From: Carcharhinus longimanus
Lineage: Eukaryota
Reading direction: 5' to 3'
DNA: 64,000 nucleotides
Assembly: GCA_030264375.1 (NCBI GenBank)
Contig: JASCQW010000112.1
Coordinates: 36,835,650-36,899,649 of the forward strand
Part shown: positions 25,353-37,890 of the stretch, piece after piece
Position numbering within the stretch: position 1 is the stretch's first letter
Layout of the letters: each line of letters begins with the position of its first letter
Notes under the pieces: generated by a model
What the model was told of the DNA's origin: nothing
Databases searched by the model: none
What the model saw: only the letters and a program-made list of their open reading frames with translations
Program-made: the position numbers and the translations under genes

Positions 25353-28005
25353 GCAACAGATTCAATTGTAACTTTCATAAAGTGAATTTGGTAACACCTG
25401 AAAAAGAAACACTTGCAGGGCTATGGGGAAGGAGCTTTGGACTGGGACTAATTTCAAAGAGCTGGCACAATGGGTCAAATGACAGGTCACTTCCAAACCC
25501 ACTAGTTTTCTATCAATATGGGATGGATCATCTGATGATTAGAAAAACAGCACTGGTTCAAGTATGCACTCAGGCACTGTAAAATGAAAGCCTGCTCTGT
25601 ACCATTATGGCAAACTAGTTCATTTCCATAAAAAAATTTAAATATGTTACATGTAAAACCACTTTAAATGGATATCCAAGTAAACAGAGAAATATTTAAT
25701 ATTTTGATATTTCAGTTGTAAAATATAAATCTTTATATGGAAATTATGCACTAAACCTCAAGTCAAGTAAATCACACGAAATGTAATTATATTTATTGAC
25801 TCAATGTATGCACATTTTAAAATCTTCCCGTTTGAAAGGGAGGGAAAATTAACTGTCCCCTTACACTTCCCAAAAATCAGACTACCTCCACAGCTAAGAA
25901 CTAGCAGAATGTACTGGAACACTAAAATGGCAATCATAGCTCAGAGCATTGAACCTCCACATCAAAGTTAATTTCTTTCAAGTGATTATTGTAAGCCATT
26001 GCTGCCTGATATTTCTGCTTCTGAAAGTAGTCAACCTGTTCTGAGACTTCCACTCAGGTCTGCTGCAGCTGGACAAGGAGGCGGTAAGCACCATCTAATT
26101 CTCTGACAACTCCCAGCAACAGCCCTATGGGAAATGGCATAATCTTGGTATGCAGAATTTGGCACAGCTTGGGGTAGAAAAGCAAACTTTGGTAGGAAAC
26201 AAACATCCAAGCTTTGACAGAGAATGCCATGGTTCTGAGCTGCACAAAGTTTCTGATTTGATCTGAACAACAATATTGTAGAGAGATACCAAGCAATGAC
26301 TATACATTTCCCCCAAAGTAGAGAAGAAAGACTATGCATTCACTTGAGTTACAGTCACTTCTTTACTACCAGTATCAACAAAAAAAAATGGCATGCAGCA
26401 TACAAAAATAACTCTTCTAGGTCATGGGTTGTATGGTACATGCAGATCAGGAAAAGGGAGAACAGAATTCTCTCTCACTAATGTTTAAAAGTTTCTTTCA
26501 ACCTCTCTCACTGTGATCATGTTTTAGAGAAAAACTGCAGAAAAGCAAAAGACATGGGGGCAGGGGTGCAGGAAAACAAATAAACTAAAGTGAACCAAAG
26601 ATTCCCAATGCTCATTGGCTAGAATTACAGAATGTAGCAAGAGCCAATCACCGCCTGCTCTCTCCACCCCCAGCTAAAACTTTCCACCCAACAATTTGCA
26701 CAATGGGAATCTGGTTTTCTAGTATATCACACACGATACTTCTGCACTGTTTCACCCTCCCCCCTCCTCCATGCCCAAACCCTAGCCGCAAAGCTTTTTT
26801 GGTTTTCATTTGCCATTCTATTTAGAAATTCTTGCTTTGTTGAATGGGAACACAATTTGACAATGTCCAACTAATTATTCCAGATCTGCAGGCCAAAGGA
26901 AGCATCGATTTTTCTTGTATTTTATCAGACATATCAATATGGAATACAAAGCTGAAATTGTGGGGCTACGCTTTCGTGCTGAGCCCGTGTTTCCAGATGC
27001 ATATCAACAGGGAGTGATGGGATAACTTGGATTGCAATACCAACTGATACCTAAATGCACAAAGGTAAGGACTCGTCCTGGAGCAAGTCACAACCATAAC
27101 TGGGTTCAAAACTGCATTTTATAGTATCAGGCAGTTTGCTAGATTTCCAATTAAACACTGTATTCTTTTTAAAGTTAGAACAGAAAGGATGCTCGAACCT
27201 TAAAATTCAACTGCTGGAGGAGTGTGCTTACTGATCTCATTGTACATTGCTGCCAACCAAATTGACAAGTAACATCTGTTTTGCTTCATTTTGTTGATTT
27301 ATATGGGTGGCAACATAACCGAAGCCTTCATTTATCCATTATTGATGTGATATCGTTCTCTAATATGCAAAAGGATGGGCAAAATTTCAGTGCTGCAAAT
27401 ATAAGATTTAACAAAAATGATTAAGTACAGGAAGGAACATAGTCAACCCATGTACTAATAAATTCATCCCAAAATAGTAAAGTCACAAACCATCTGTGCT
27501 GTAAAAGGGCAATAAAAACCACACAGTAAATGCAAGACAATAAAAATCATACGTGTCATTCAGAATAAGGTTAAATTGTGGAATCAACAGCTTTGCAGAA
27601 CTTTCATATACTTGTACACGAATAGACTGTCATCAGCTGCTACATCTGCCAAATACAACTGACAAACAGCAACATGAACACTTATCGAATCAAGGAGCAA
27701 GTTGGTTGAGCAGCATTAAGCAAAACAAAATCATGGGGTTTAGGTTTTGATCACCATTTTAAAGGATCATTTTTCAATTTAGGATACTAAATCTTCAGAA
27801 TTTCAACGGTTTTCTAAGCATAAAAGCAGTGGTGGAAACCCTGGCCTTCTATCACAGATAGCAGGTCCAAAATAAAGGAAGTGAAATAAAGCACATTCAC
27901 CCCTGACAGCCAAAGAAGGCATTGCTCACTCCACTTTCAGCTTTATATAGACAAAGAGCAAAAGAGAAAGGGGAGAGTCGAGGAGAAGGAAGAAAGCAAA
28001 GACAA

Positions 28006-28500
28006 GGGGCAGAATTCTCCCAAAATAATTCCAAGTGTTGAATTGGCATGAAAACTGGAGTAATTCACACTGCCTTTTTCAGTGGGAGTTCAGAGGAGAA
28101 TCTCCTACACTGTGCACTGCAGAGGCCACCAGCGTGAATATCATTAAATTTTGAGGGGCGGGATCTGTTNNNNNNNNNNNNNNNNNNNNNNNNNNNNNNN
28201 NNNNNNNNNNNNNNNNNNNNNNNNNNNNNNNNNNNNNNNNNNNNNNNNNNNNNNNNNNNNNNNNNNNNNNNNNNNNNNNNNNNNNNNNNNNNNNNNNNNN
28301 NNNNNNNNNNNNNNNNNNNNNNNNNNNNNNNNNNNNNNNNNNNNNNNNNNNNNNNNNNCCGCCCCCCCCAACCACTGCTGGGCCTCTAGCTTCCTCCACC
28401 AATCCCTATGCAGAGTGGCAGCAAGACCCCCCACCCTCACTGATCACCCCTAGGCCCCAACCCCATCAGGCCACGCCTCCTAGGCATTAGCACTTTCAAT
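28006..28500. mobile_element. Non-autonomous DNA transposon (Harbinger-like MITE), partial and gapped
   Basis: Starts ggggcagaattctccc; the first ~160 nt are the reverse complement of the right ends of the elements at 36634 and 55606. Confidence 0.6.
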
Positions 28501-28659
28501 GATGAGAAGACATGCTTATTTTTGTTCAGTCATAATGAGCGCTCATGTTAGTGTCAAATCATGTTCTGCTCATCTCTTTCTGGGAAATAACTTGAGCTTG
28601 CAGGCTTAGTTGACCTTCCCTTCTCAGCACTTGCAAAGAACACTGGCCAACAGATCCAT

Positions 28660-28843
28660 AGCTGTGCAGATTAGGTGGATTGGCCATGCTAGATTGCCCC
28701 TTAGTGTCCTAAGATGTGTAGGTTAGAGATTAGCTTGGTAAATATGTGGGGTTATGGTGATAGGGCCTGAGTAAGTTGCTATGTTGGAGACAGTGCAGAC
28801 TAGATGGGCCAAATGGGCTCCTTCTGCACTGTAGGAATTCTAT
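28660..28843 (+). mobile_element. 5'-truncated V-SINE
   Basis: gtgcagattaggtggattggccatgctagattgcccc...ctgcactgtaggaattcta. Confidence 0.8.
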
Positions 28844-29589
28844 GAACAGGAATAACTGAAATGTTGCAGAACTCAATATCCCCAAGGACCTTTCCAGCCA
28901 ACACCCATGATAAACCCACATGTGGAAGTACCAACACTGCCCTATTAGGTCCCTCATTTCTTACCCTGATTGTTCCCACTACCCACCCACTTACCAGGAT
29001 GCTAGGCTTTTCCTTCCATAACTCCATGTTCATGACCCCAGTCCCTTCACAAGTCACTCACACTTGCTGATCCCAGGCCTCCACCTAAGCTACCCTTCTC
29101 CTGCTCCCTCCATCTGCCACAAGAAAAACTGTTAACCTCAGAAAGCCTACTGTTACTTGCCACTTTTAAACAAACTTGAAGTGGGTGTGACGAGATTCTC
29201 ACGTGCCAACTTTAAACTTGAAGGTAGCACGTAGTTAAATTTTAAATGCTAATTGTATTCATGGCATGCAAATATGTTACAAATGGGAATCCTCCACAGG
29301 GCAGTGAGAGATCCAACATGCCACAAACACACTGCTGATTTAATCTCTGCATCGCAACGTCTTCAGGAAATTGAGATGTCAGCTCGCACTGAATTCAGTC
29401 ACACTGCATGTCACATTTCCTGCTCTTGCAGGCTTCATAAAATCCCCCATTTCAAAACCCCCAAGCTTTCGCTCCACGAATTGGATATCATCAAACGTTG
29501 TGCTCATCACTCTGCGGGAAATGACTGAGCTTGCAGGCTTGGTTGACTCTCCCTTTTCAGCACTGCAAAGAACACTGGCCAACAAATCC

Positions 29590-29700
29590 ACAGATGTGCA
29601 GATTAGGTGGATTGGCCATGCTAAGTTGCCCTTTAGCGTCCTAAGATGTGTAGGTTAGAGATTAGCTTGGTAAGTATGTGGGGTTATGGTGATAGGATTC
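29590..29700 (+). mobile_element. Truncated V-SINE fragment (part of a local duplication)
   Basis: Near-identical to 28660-28765, including the upstream flank. Confidence 0.75.
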
Positions 29701-30113
29701 TTTTCCGTACCCCTGTGAGATAGTGAATACAGAGGTTTATAAGTTTTAACATTACAAGTACCACAACTGCCAAGATCCAAGTTTATTCAGACAGCATCAG
29801 GCTTCTCCACATATCTGGCATCAGGAATATCTATTCCCTCAAATAAATGCTCTGTACGTTGGGTATCAGCTTGCCATTCTAGCCTCACTTGCAGCATCTG
29901 TCTGCATGGCTTTGGGTGCAAGTAACATGTCCACTTCTGGTGAAAATAAATTGAGAGACTACTCCAAATATGGCATAATTAAGTCATATTTGTAACAGCT
30001 ATGTTGTTAATAGCTATAACCTAGATCCAGGCTTCTTCTAATTGCATGTCCCAAGCTTCAAAAAAAAAAGAGTGATCTCAAAAGGGAATAGTTGAAGATT
30101 GCAGCAACAATTC

Positions 30114-30582
30114 AACATAAGAAATAGGAGCAGGAGTAGGCCATCTAGCCCTTCGAGCCTGCCCCGCCATTCAATAAGATCATGGCTGANNNNNNNNNNN
30201 NNNNNNNNNNNNNNNNNNNNNNNNNNNNNNNNNNNNNNNNNNNNNNNNNNNNNNNNNNNNNNNNNNNNNNNNNNNNNNNNNNNNNNNNNTCCTTCACCAC
30301 AAGGTCCCTAATTCTACCTGCCTCATTACATAACACCAGATCCAAGATAGCTCGCTCCCTCGTCGGATCCAACACACACTGTTCAAGGAAACTATCCCGG
30401 CAGCATTCCAAGACCTCTTCCTCAAGCCCACCATGTCCAACTTGGGTCAACCAATCAATATGCAGATTAAAATTCCCCATAATTATCGCCGTTCCATTTC
30501 TGCACGCATAATTTATTTGCTTGTTTATAGCCCACCCCACCTCCAAAGTTATTATTTGGGGGCCTATAGACCACACCCACCA
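30114..30582 (-). mobile_element. CR1 LINE (3' tail and endonuclease region joined across a gap)
   Basis: Tail aacataagaaataggagcaggagtaggccat...; ORF 30145..30696 contains MGNFNLHIDW...DSFLEQCVLDPTRERAILDLVLCN. Confidence 0.88.
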
Positions 30583-31191
30583 GCAATCGCATTTGTCTCC
30601 GAACATCGCTGCACATGTCTTGGAAGAACCAAACTTCAAGGTTAGCGGAAGGTACGGTAATAAAAACATTTCAGAAAATTGAGATATTTGATTCAAGTAT
30701 CAGTGTGCACTAATCCTAGAATCTGAACCCAGGTCCCACTTTAAATGTTAAGGACTGAGTATCACTACATGCATGGTCTGAAAATGACTTTCTACTTAGA
30801 ATTCTTACTTTTGCACAAGACCACTGAAAAGTTAGGAACCACACTAGTGAAATCCATTTCACATTTAAGAGTTACGTAAAGCAGTTTTGCTCAGGCATAC
30901 ATTAAAAATAGAAGACTGATCTCATCATTCTGCAGTGTGTTTGCGCTCATAAATGCTTTAATGGAACATGCAGAATTGCCCAATGACATTCTGGGCACGG
31001 CGCCCATTCCTTTTCAGCCTCTGCCCTTCTCAAATGCTCCAAAGTTGTTTATAGCTAGCGTGATGATGTTATGCATGAATTTAGACAAACTAAAACTTTC
31101 TAAATGTGACAATTAATCAGAGGCAGTAGCAATACAATTTATTGAAATTGTACAACGCACATGGATTTTTTCTTATTCTGTGCTTACTTAC

Positions 31192-31299
31192 TTGCAAAGC
31201 TGCAAACATCATCATTTCCTCCTCCGTGCATTCAATTTCTTCCAGAAGAATACACCACTTAGCTTGTTCAAAAAGCTGGTTGATCCTCACTGCATCATA
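31192..31299 (-). CDS. FERMT2: Kindlin-2 coding exon (~exon 7, 108 nt; [37 protein letters not shown]2)
   Basis: Within ORF 31117..31428. cag acceptor; CAA|gtaagt donor. Confidence 0.97.
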
Positions 31300-31979
31300 C
31301 TGAAATTTCAAAGTAAAACAGATGTTTAGAATTGCCACAGCTTTGTATGAACAAGTGCTCTCATATGTGGCAATACAAAGCACAAAGAAATAAAATAACT
31401 GATATTGCAGATTTAAAACAAAATACATTTTTGGTACATTTTAAAGATATTTGTTTAACTGTATTTCCAACTATAAGTTATGGAAGTCATCATATGATGC
31501 CACCATGAAATATTGATTTTAATTACATCAAATGTTGTCCCATAATTTCTAAACTTTGTACTTTAAACCAGTGTTACACGTTTTAAAGAAATGAATTGAG
31601 AAAAACTGGACAAAAAAACGACTTTAGTGAAAACTGAGCCTACATCGTCATGAACATGGTAGCTGCCTTCCACTATTATTATTTTATGAAGCAATCAGAT
31701 ACAAGTTTTGTAAGCATCATAGCCAAAATAAAGTGTTGGACAATATGTTAATAAAGTACAACTTGAATATTCACACAGAATTGGACATGGAGAAGAAGTG
31801 ATTGAACATGCAATACGGCTAGACACTTACAATGCAGATTCCTAGTTACAATGCTCTTTTCAGCGACACAGAACAATACATCATGTTACATCATTGCCCT
31901 GTACAATATTTGAGAAACATCTTTTGAAATACAAAAATATAAAGCTGCATGAAGGGGTACATATTTTGTAAACTCATAC

Positions 31980-32082
31980 CTTTGGGTTTAAATCAAAGAA
32001 ACTGTAATATTTGAATCGGAGCATTAAAACTTCATTGTCTTTTACATCTTGCTCCATCAGGGATCTTGATGAATCTAGCCAT
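31980..32082 (-). CDS. FERMT2: Kindlin-2 coding exon (~exon 6, 103 nt; [34 protein letters not shown])
   Basis: ttcag|ATGG acceptor; AAG|gtatga donor; conserved kindlin motif. Confidence 0.97.
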
Positions 32083-32180
32083 CTGAAAGAAAACATGCAG
32101 AAGTTGGAATAAAATGTACACTACTGTAACTTTGTATTTAAAACAAAATCTAAAAAAAGGGACAGAAAATGTGAACTTGC

Positions 32181-32406
32181 CCTTTGTTAGTTTTTGCCTT
32201 ATCAAGTAGAGACTGTGGTTTGAATAGCTGTGCCAATATATCCGGGGAGGTGATTGGCTGGCTCACTGCAAGAACACTAGGATTGCCTTCTGATAGAGGA
32301 CTGTCACCAAACCAAGCTGAGGTTGGGGAAAGTGGGCTACCATCTCTCGAGTCATATGTTGGTGTCATTGTCTTGCTGTACAATCCTGGGCTTGAGTAAA
32401 TACTTC
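32181..32406 (-). CDS. FERMT2: Kindlin-2 coding exon (~exon 5, 226 nt; [76 protein letters not shown]), GC donor
   Basis: Overlaps ORF 32150..32383. cag acceptor at 32407-32409. Only the GG|GCAAGT donor keeps frame with the next exon. Confidence 0.95.
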
Positions 32407-32632
32407 CTGGAGGAGGATGAGGAGGAGAGAGATAGATTCAAAGAAATATAATTGCATTTAGTTAATTGCCAGTTGGGTGTAGAGCATTTAGCAAGATACA
32501 TTCACCGGACAACCAATAATTTTAATCATTATGCAAATCTGCGCACTAATAGTAAAAAACAAAACGTCAAGAGTTGTGCATAACACAACAATAATATTTA
32601 ATCATAAAGTCTATGATAAATTGAAAGCTTAC

Positions 32633-32665
32633 CTTTTGACGGACCAATATAAAGAACATCAGAGC
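32633..32665 (-). CDS. FERMT2: 33-nt cassette microexon in the F1 loop ((G)SDVLYIGPSK(G)), probably alternatively spliced
   Basis: cttag|GCTCTGATGTTCTTTATATTGGTCCGTCAAAAG|gtaag. Phase 1/1, multiple of 3, no stop, long pyrimidine tract. Resembles the 'DVLYIGPLK' insert I recall from longer vertebrate kindlin-2 isoforms. Confidence 0.85.
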
Positions 32666-33224
32666 CTAAGAAGGAGGAAAACAGAGGAAATGAGAAGGGC
32701 AGAAAGAGCACAGAACAGGTAGGGCATAGCATGGAGTAAGCAGGCAGAGCACAGAGTGAGCAGGTGGAGCAAAACATGCTGCAAGAGCATAGCCAGTGAT
32801 AAGAACAAATATATACAGTAAGTTAATTTATCTACAGATTCATCATGTCTTCTTTATAGAGCTTGCTTCATTGTTAACACGAGTGAAATCCTTCAAATGT
32901 CAAAGCCATAACAAAAGCATTTGCTAGAGGAAGCACATATTGTGAAAGCTCACATGTAAACAAAAAAAACACCCAAACTAAAAAAAATTACCAGAACTAA
33001 TTTTGAATACATACTGGTGATGGCACATGTGCTATACATTTCTGATAAATTGGAACTTCATCAAATAGTGGAAGCGCCAAATGAAAGAAGTAACTGGAAA
33101 AAAATGCCAATTCAATACAGCCAAGTAATTATGCTTGGTTTTTGATATCATGGTGTGTACTTAGTACAGTGCTGGACTAAATATGTACATTTGATTATCA
33201 TTCAGCAGAACACTTCATTAGGTT

Positions 33225-33630
33225 CACAAGGATGGTCCCAGAAATGAGGAACTTCAGCTATGCAGATAGATTGGGAAGTGAGATTGGTTTCCTTGGAGAA
33301 GGTTGAGGGGAGATTTGAAAAAAAGTATTCAAAAACATGAGTTGGCTGGACAGAGTGGATAAGGAAAAACCGTGGTGATTTAAGGCAATTGGCAAAAGCA
33401 GCAATGGTGACATGAAAAAATTGTTTTTGCACAGCAAGTGGTTAGGATCTGGAATACACAACCTGAGAATGTAGTGGACGAAAGTTCAATCGAGGGATTC
33501 AAGAAGGAATTGGGATTGTTATCAGAGAATGAAGTACTATGTGGAGAAAGCAGCGGAGTGGCACTAGTCAAATTGATATGTGGAGAACTAGTGCAGACGT
33601 GAAAAACTGAATGGCCTCCTTCAGTAATAC
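33225..33630 (+). mobile_element. Decayed CR1 LINE 3' end
   Basis: aggttcacaaggatggtccca...gtggttaggatctggaat...gaatggcctccttc. Confidence 0.7.
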
Positions 33631-34004
33631 TGTGAAAGCGTCTGAAAACTGCACCAGATGTGGTCAATTAGTTTTATAACATGCCTAACTTTTTCATTAA
33701 GTTTAATCGTTTTCCCTCAAGAAAAATATATTCAAGCAGAAGTTGGTCTGACAAGAGGAGCAGAAAATTATTAAAACAGATTCGAGCATCCTCTACATAA
33801 GTACAATGTTTTTATCCCAAAAATCTACAAGGGGAAGTATCCTTTAAGACAATTTAGGCCTTTATGGCATTATTACTCACATACCCATTTCCTTACATTA
33901 TAAAAGTATTCATCTCCTTGACTTCCCAACTACAATGGTCTCATCAGATTACTGACGGTCTTCCCCACCTACCACTCCTCCCATAATTCTACGTTTTATA
34001 ATAG

Positions 34005-34262
34005 AGCACAGTGGCTAGCATTGCTGCTTCGGTGCCAGGGACCCACGTTCAATTCTGGCCTTGGGTCACTTGTGTGGACTTTGCACATTCTCCCCATGTC
34101 CACATAGGTTAGGTGGATTGCCCATGTTAAATTGTCCCTTAGCGTCAGGGGAACTAGTGGGGTAAAAACGTGGAATTGAGGATAGGGCCTGGGTGGGAAT
34201 GTCGTCAGTGCAGGCTTGATGGGCTGAATAGTCTCCTTCTGCACTGTTGGGATTCTATGATT
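34005..34262 (+). mobile_element. V-SINE with internal deletion
   Basis: A/B boxes, V-domain, tail ctgcactgttgggattctatga. Confidence 0.85.
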
Positions 34263-35620
34263 GTCTATAAATTTAGGTTTTTTCCCCTCAATAACACTTG
34301 CCATTTGTTGGCATTTAACACAAATGTCTTCACTCTGATGAAAAGATTCGATACAAACATTATTGGGACAAGATGTTTGATGAAATCACTACTAGGGAAT
34401 TAGACCCTTCCTAATGTCAAGGCATTCGTCCTCATGGATTCTGGAACTTATTGGTCAACCTCATTTTATCAGTCAGGCCTCTTGTTACTCACAGGGAGCA
34501 CAATTCCTGTGATTTCAAAGTTCTTACTAGGGAATCTCTCCACTGGTCTATCTGAATTTTTGATATTGTGATTATCATTGTAGTGCAGGAGAGTAAGCTA
34601 TGGTAGCGGAACTGAGGAAAGGTTGCAGACCTATAACATCTTTCTACAGATGCTGTCAAACCCGCTGAGTTTGCAGCATTTTCTGCTTTTATTTCAGATT
34701 TCCAATATTTTTCAAGAATTTGCTTGTGTTATGCTGATACACACGCTCCTCATGATGGTCTCCAGCAAGTTAATTCTGTTTGGTAACCCTCAATGTTGCA
34801 GATGTTCTTATGACTGTCTACATTGCAAGTTGTTTGGTTAGCATTCGAGATTCTTAGCTCTTTATGGAGGTCTTGTGGTGTCTGTTTCAAGCCCCACTTC
34901 AGGACTTAATGAACACACCTTCCGTGGGCATCATGTAGCCAAACAGACTGGTTATGAGCCTATAAATCTTTCCAATACACCTGATGGCAGGAGGTAAGAG
35001 GAGGAGTTTCCTGATCTACAATGTAGCAAAAGCCAAATGGCAAAGCATCGAAGTACTGTGCCCTGCATAATCACAGGCCAATCCAATCACCAAAGCCTAC
35101 TTAGGGTATGGTACCTGAAGCAGAAGCTTTTAGTATCATCTTTTTCTTAGGTGCTTTAAAAACAGTTTAGGACTAATCCTATCTTTTTGTAACAAGGTTA
35201 ATGGGTGAAGAATCCTTCATCAACTTCTACAGGGAGATGACGGCAGCATACGTGTACACACACAATTTTTGTCCTTTGAATGCGTTCTATTATTTCAGAG
35301 GATGCCAATTTCAGGTAAAATCTAGTTTCTCCAAACAAGGAGGTTTTTGCCATTACCTCTATTCTGACAAAGCAGAACTTTACACATTTACTTAAATGGA
35401 TATGCTGAGCTCTGATCACCAGTGCGAGAATGCTGATCAAAATTTCAAACTTTTGAAAGAACCAAATGATGTTTGATTTGATTTATTATTGTCACATGTA
35501 TTAACATACCATTAATAGTCAAAAGTATTGTTTCTGTGCAGTATTTCTGCTCTTCATAGAGTAAAGCCAATCTTTCTCCAGATAAATATACTGATATTGA
35601 AAATCTAAGCTATGTACTGA

Positions 35621-35908
35621 GTGGCATAATGGTTAGCACTGTTGCCTCACCAGCACCAGGGACCCAGGTTTGATTCCAGCCACAGGTGACTGTGCAAACT
35701 CCACAGACATTTGCTCCGCATCTGCATGGATTTACTCTGGGTGCTCTGGTTTCCTACCAAAGTCCAAATATGTCCAGATTAGGTGGATTGGCCATGGTAA
35801 ATGCACAAGGTTATGGGTATAGGCAGAGGAAGACTAGGTAAGACGCCCCGTTGGTGCAGACGCCCCGTTGGGCCAAATGGCAGCCTTCCGAATGTAGGTA
35901 TTTTATGA
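35621..35908 (+). mobile_element. V-SINE, decayed
   Basis: tggttagcactgttgcctcacc..ccagggacccaggtttgattcc...attaggtggattggccatg. Confidence 0.8.
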
Positions 35909-36633
35909 TAACACTTAAATCATATTCCTCTATTGTATTACGAGATACTAATTCTTTCATAATAACCATGTCATATGAACATTATACACACAAATTCTGA
36001 TATCACAAAGGTTTCTCAGCATCCAAGGCTAAAACAATAGTCTTACAACAGCAATTATACTACAGTCTAGCATAAAGCCCAAATAACGTTATATTACCTC
36101 CTTAATTGGTCTAATATCTTTTGCGAAAAAAAAAGAAAATCAAGTCGTCAATGCAGAGATGGTGTTACCACTGGTTTATTGGGAGATAACCTCATTCAGT
36201 CCTTGATTCCCAAGAAATATCTATGCTCTTCCAAATCTTGCCTCAGGTCTACTCCATTCCCTCCTTTAATTGCTACACCATTTGTAGCTATGTTTTTAGC
36301 TACCTCTGACCAAGCTTTTGATCCCTACATCTCTCTCTGGCTCGATGGATATGTTTGAGAATGCGCCCATCAAGTTCCTTTGGATACTTTGTCATTAAAA
36401 GATGATAAAAATTCCATTTGTTGCATTGCAATAGAGATAAGCACCCACACGATAGCAGTATGGAGCTGCCATTTACCAACTTCAAATGGAAGAATTTGAA
36501 CACAGAGCTCAAACAAATGATATAGCCCGTCAAAAATCAGCAATTCAATTTATGTGGCCACAACAGAAAATCACTCCAAAAACAGGGGACTTTAACGACT
36601 GCTGCTTTCTAATTCAGTTAGACAAGGACATCT

Positions 36634-37450
36634 TGGGGGGGGGGCGATTCTATCAGCCCGCTGTGCTAGCAGGCTGGGAGACATCAGCAGAGACTGTGTA
36701 GCAAGCTTCCCACTGAGCGCCATAGCCTCCATGCATCTTGGCATAGAGCCAATTTCCATTTTTAAATTTCAATCTGAATCCATCAGCAGCGGGCCCAGGA
36801 CAGAAGACTCTGGGCTTGCTAGTGTCCACCCCCTTCCCCCTGCCAGGAATGGTTCACTCCAGTGGTGTTTATTTCTCCCCACTGATGTGGAACAGATGGT
36901 CCAGTGCTACTGGAGAGAACAGAGGCCAAGGAGGCTTCCCCCAGGAGGTCAGGGTTAAGGGGGCACCCCTTGGGCAGTGCCAGCTTGCTCTTTGGCATTG
37001 CCCTAGGGGCAAAATGGCAATGCCTGGGAGAACCCTGGCCCTGTCCACCAGGCAGTGCCAAGAGGGCAAGTGGAGGTAATCCTACTGCCATACTGCATTG
37101 GGATTGGTGACAGAGGGAGGGAAGGGGTTGATCGGTGCTTCAGTGCTGACAGGGAGGGATCCAGGAGGCCAGTGATCAGGAGGAGGTCGACAGTGTGGGG
37201 CCACTGCGCATGCACTGATCTCCACTATGACAGATCAGTGCACGTGCAATGGCCCACACAGTGCTATGCTGGCAGACTTTGGGTGGGAATTTGCCCCGCC
37301 CCCTGATTTTCAGAAGGATTCCCGATAGTGCACTCTGCATTGCTCAGACTGGAGATTCATTTTGAAAATCACGCTCACAAAAAAAATTGTCAGGAGTCAC
37401 TCCAGTTTTCATGCGAATTCGGCACTTAGAATTTTTTTGGTAGAATCAAC
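36634..37450. mobile_element. ~0.8-kb non-autonomous DNA transposon (Harbinger-like MITE)
   Basis: Termini ggggcgattcta...tagaatc; GC-rich interior with ggcagtgcc/ggcattgcc repeats; homologous to 55606-56415. Confidence 0.65.
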
Positions 37451-37890
37451 CTCGCCCCACCCTTGCCTTTGTTCGATTTGAACCTAACCAGGAAGAAAGT
37501 TAAGCTTTTCTGAAATCAAACAATCTGTCAGAAGTCTGGTTAGTTATCATGACTACATTAAAACTTTTTCCACCTCACTGTTTGCCAACCATTTCTATTT
37601 TACTTTAGAGCTTGGAAACAGTTAAGCACAAAACCTCAATTTTTGAAATCAAAAAATCTTCCAATTACAATCCATCCCTTACTGGGAGCTTAATTTTGTA
37701 ATTGTATACATAAAATTATGCATTTTCCCTCTTCCCCTTTCCCAACTTAAACAATAATGGTCAGCTCAGCTGAAGGCAGATGTTATTACACAGCTGGACA
37801 AGGGAGAATCAAATGGACTACATGCCAAAATTAGGTATCTCTCAAAAACGAGAAACGCCATCACCTTTACTCCTACTCTCTTCAAATTAT

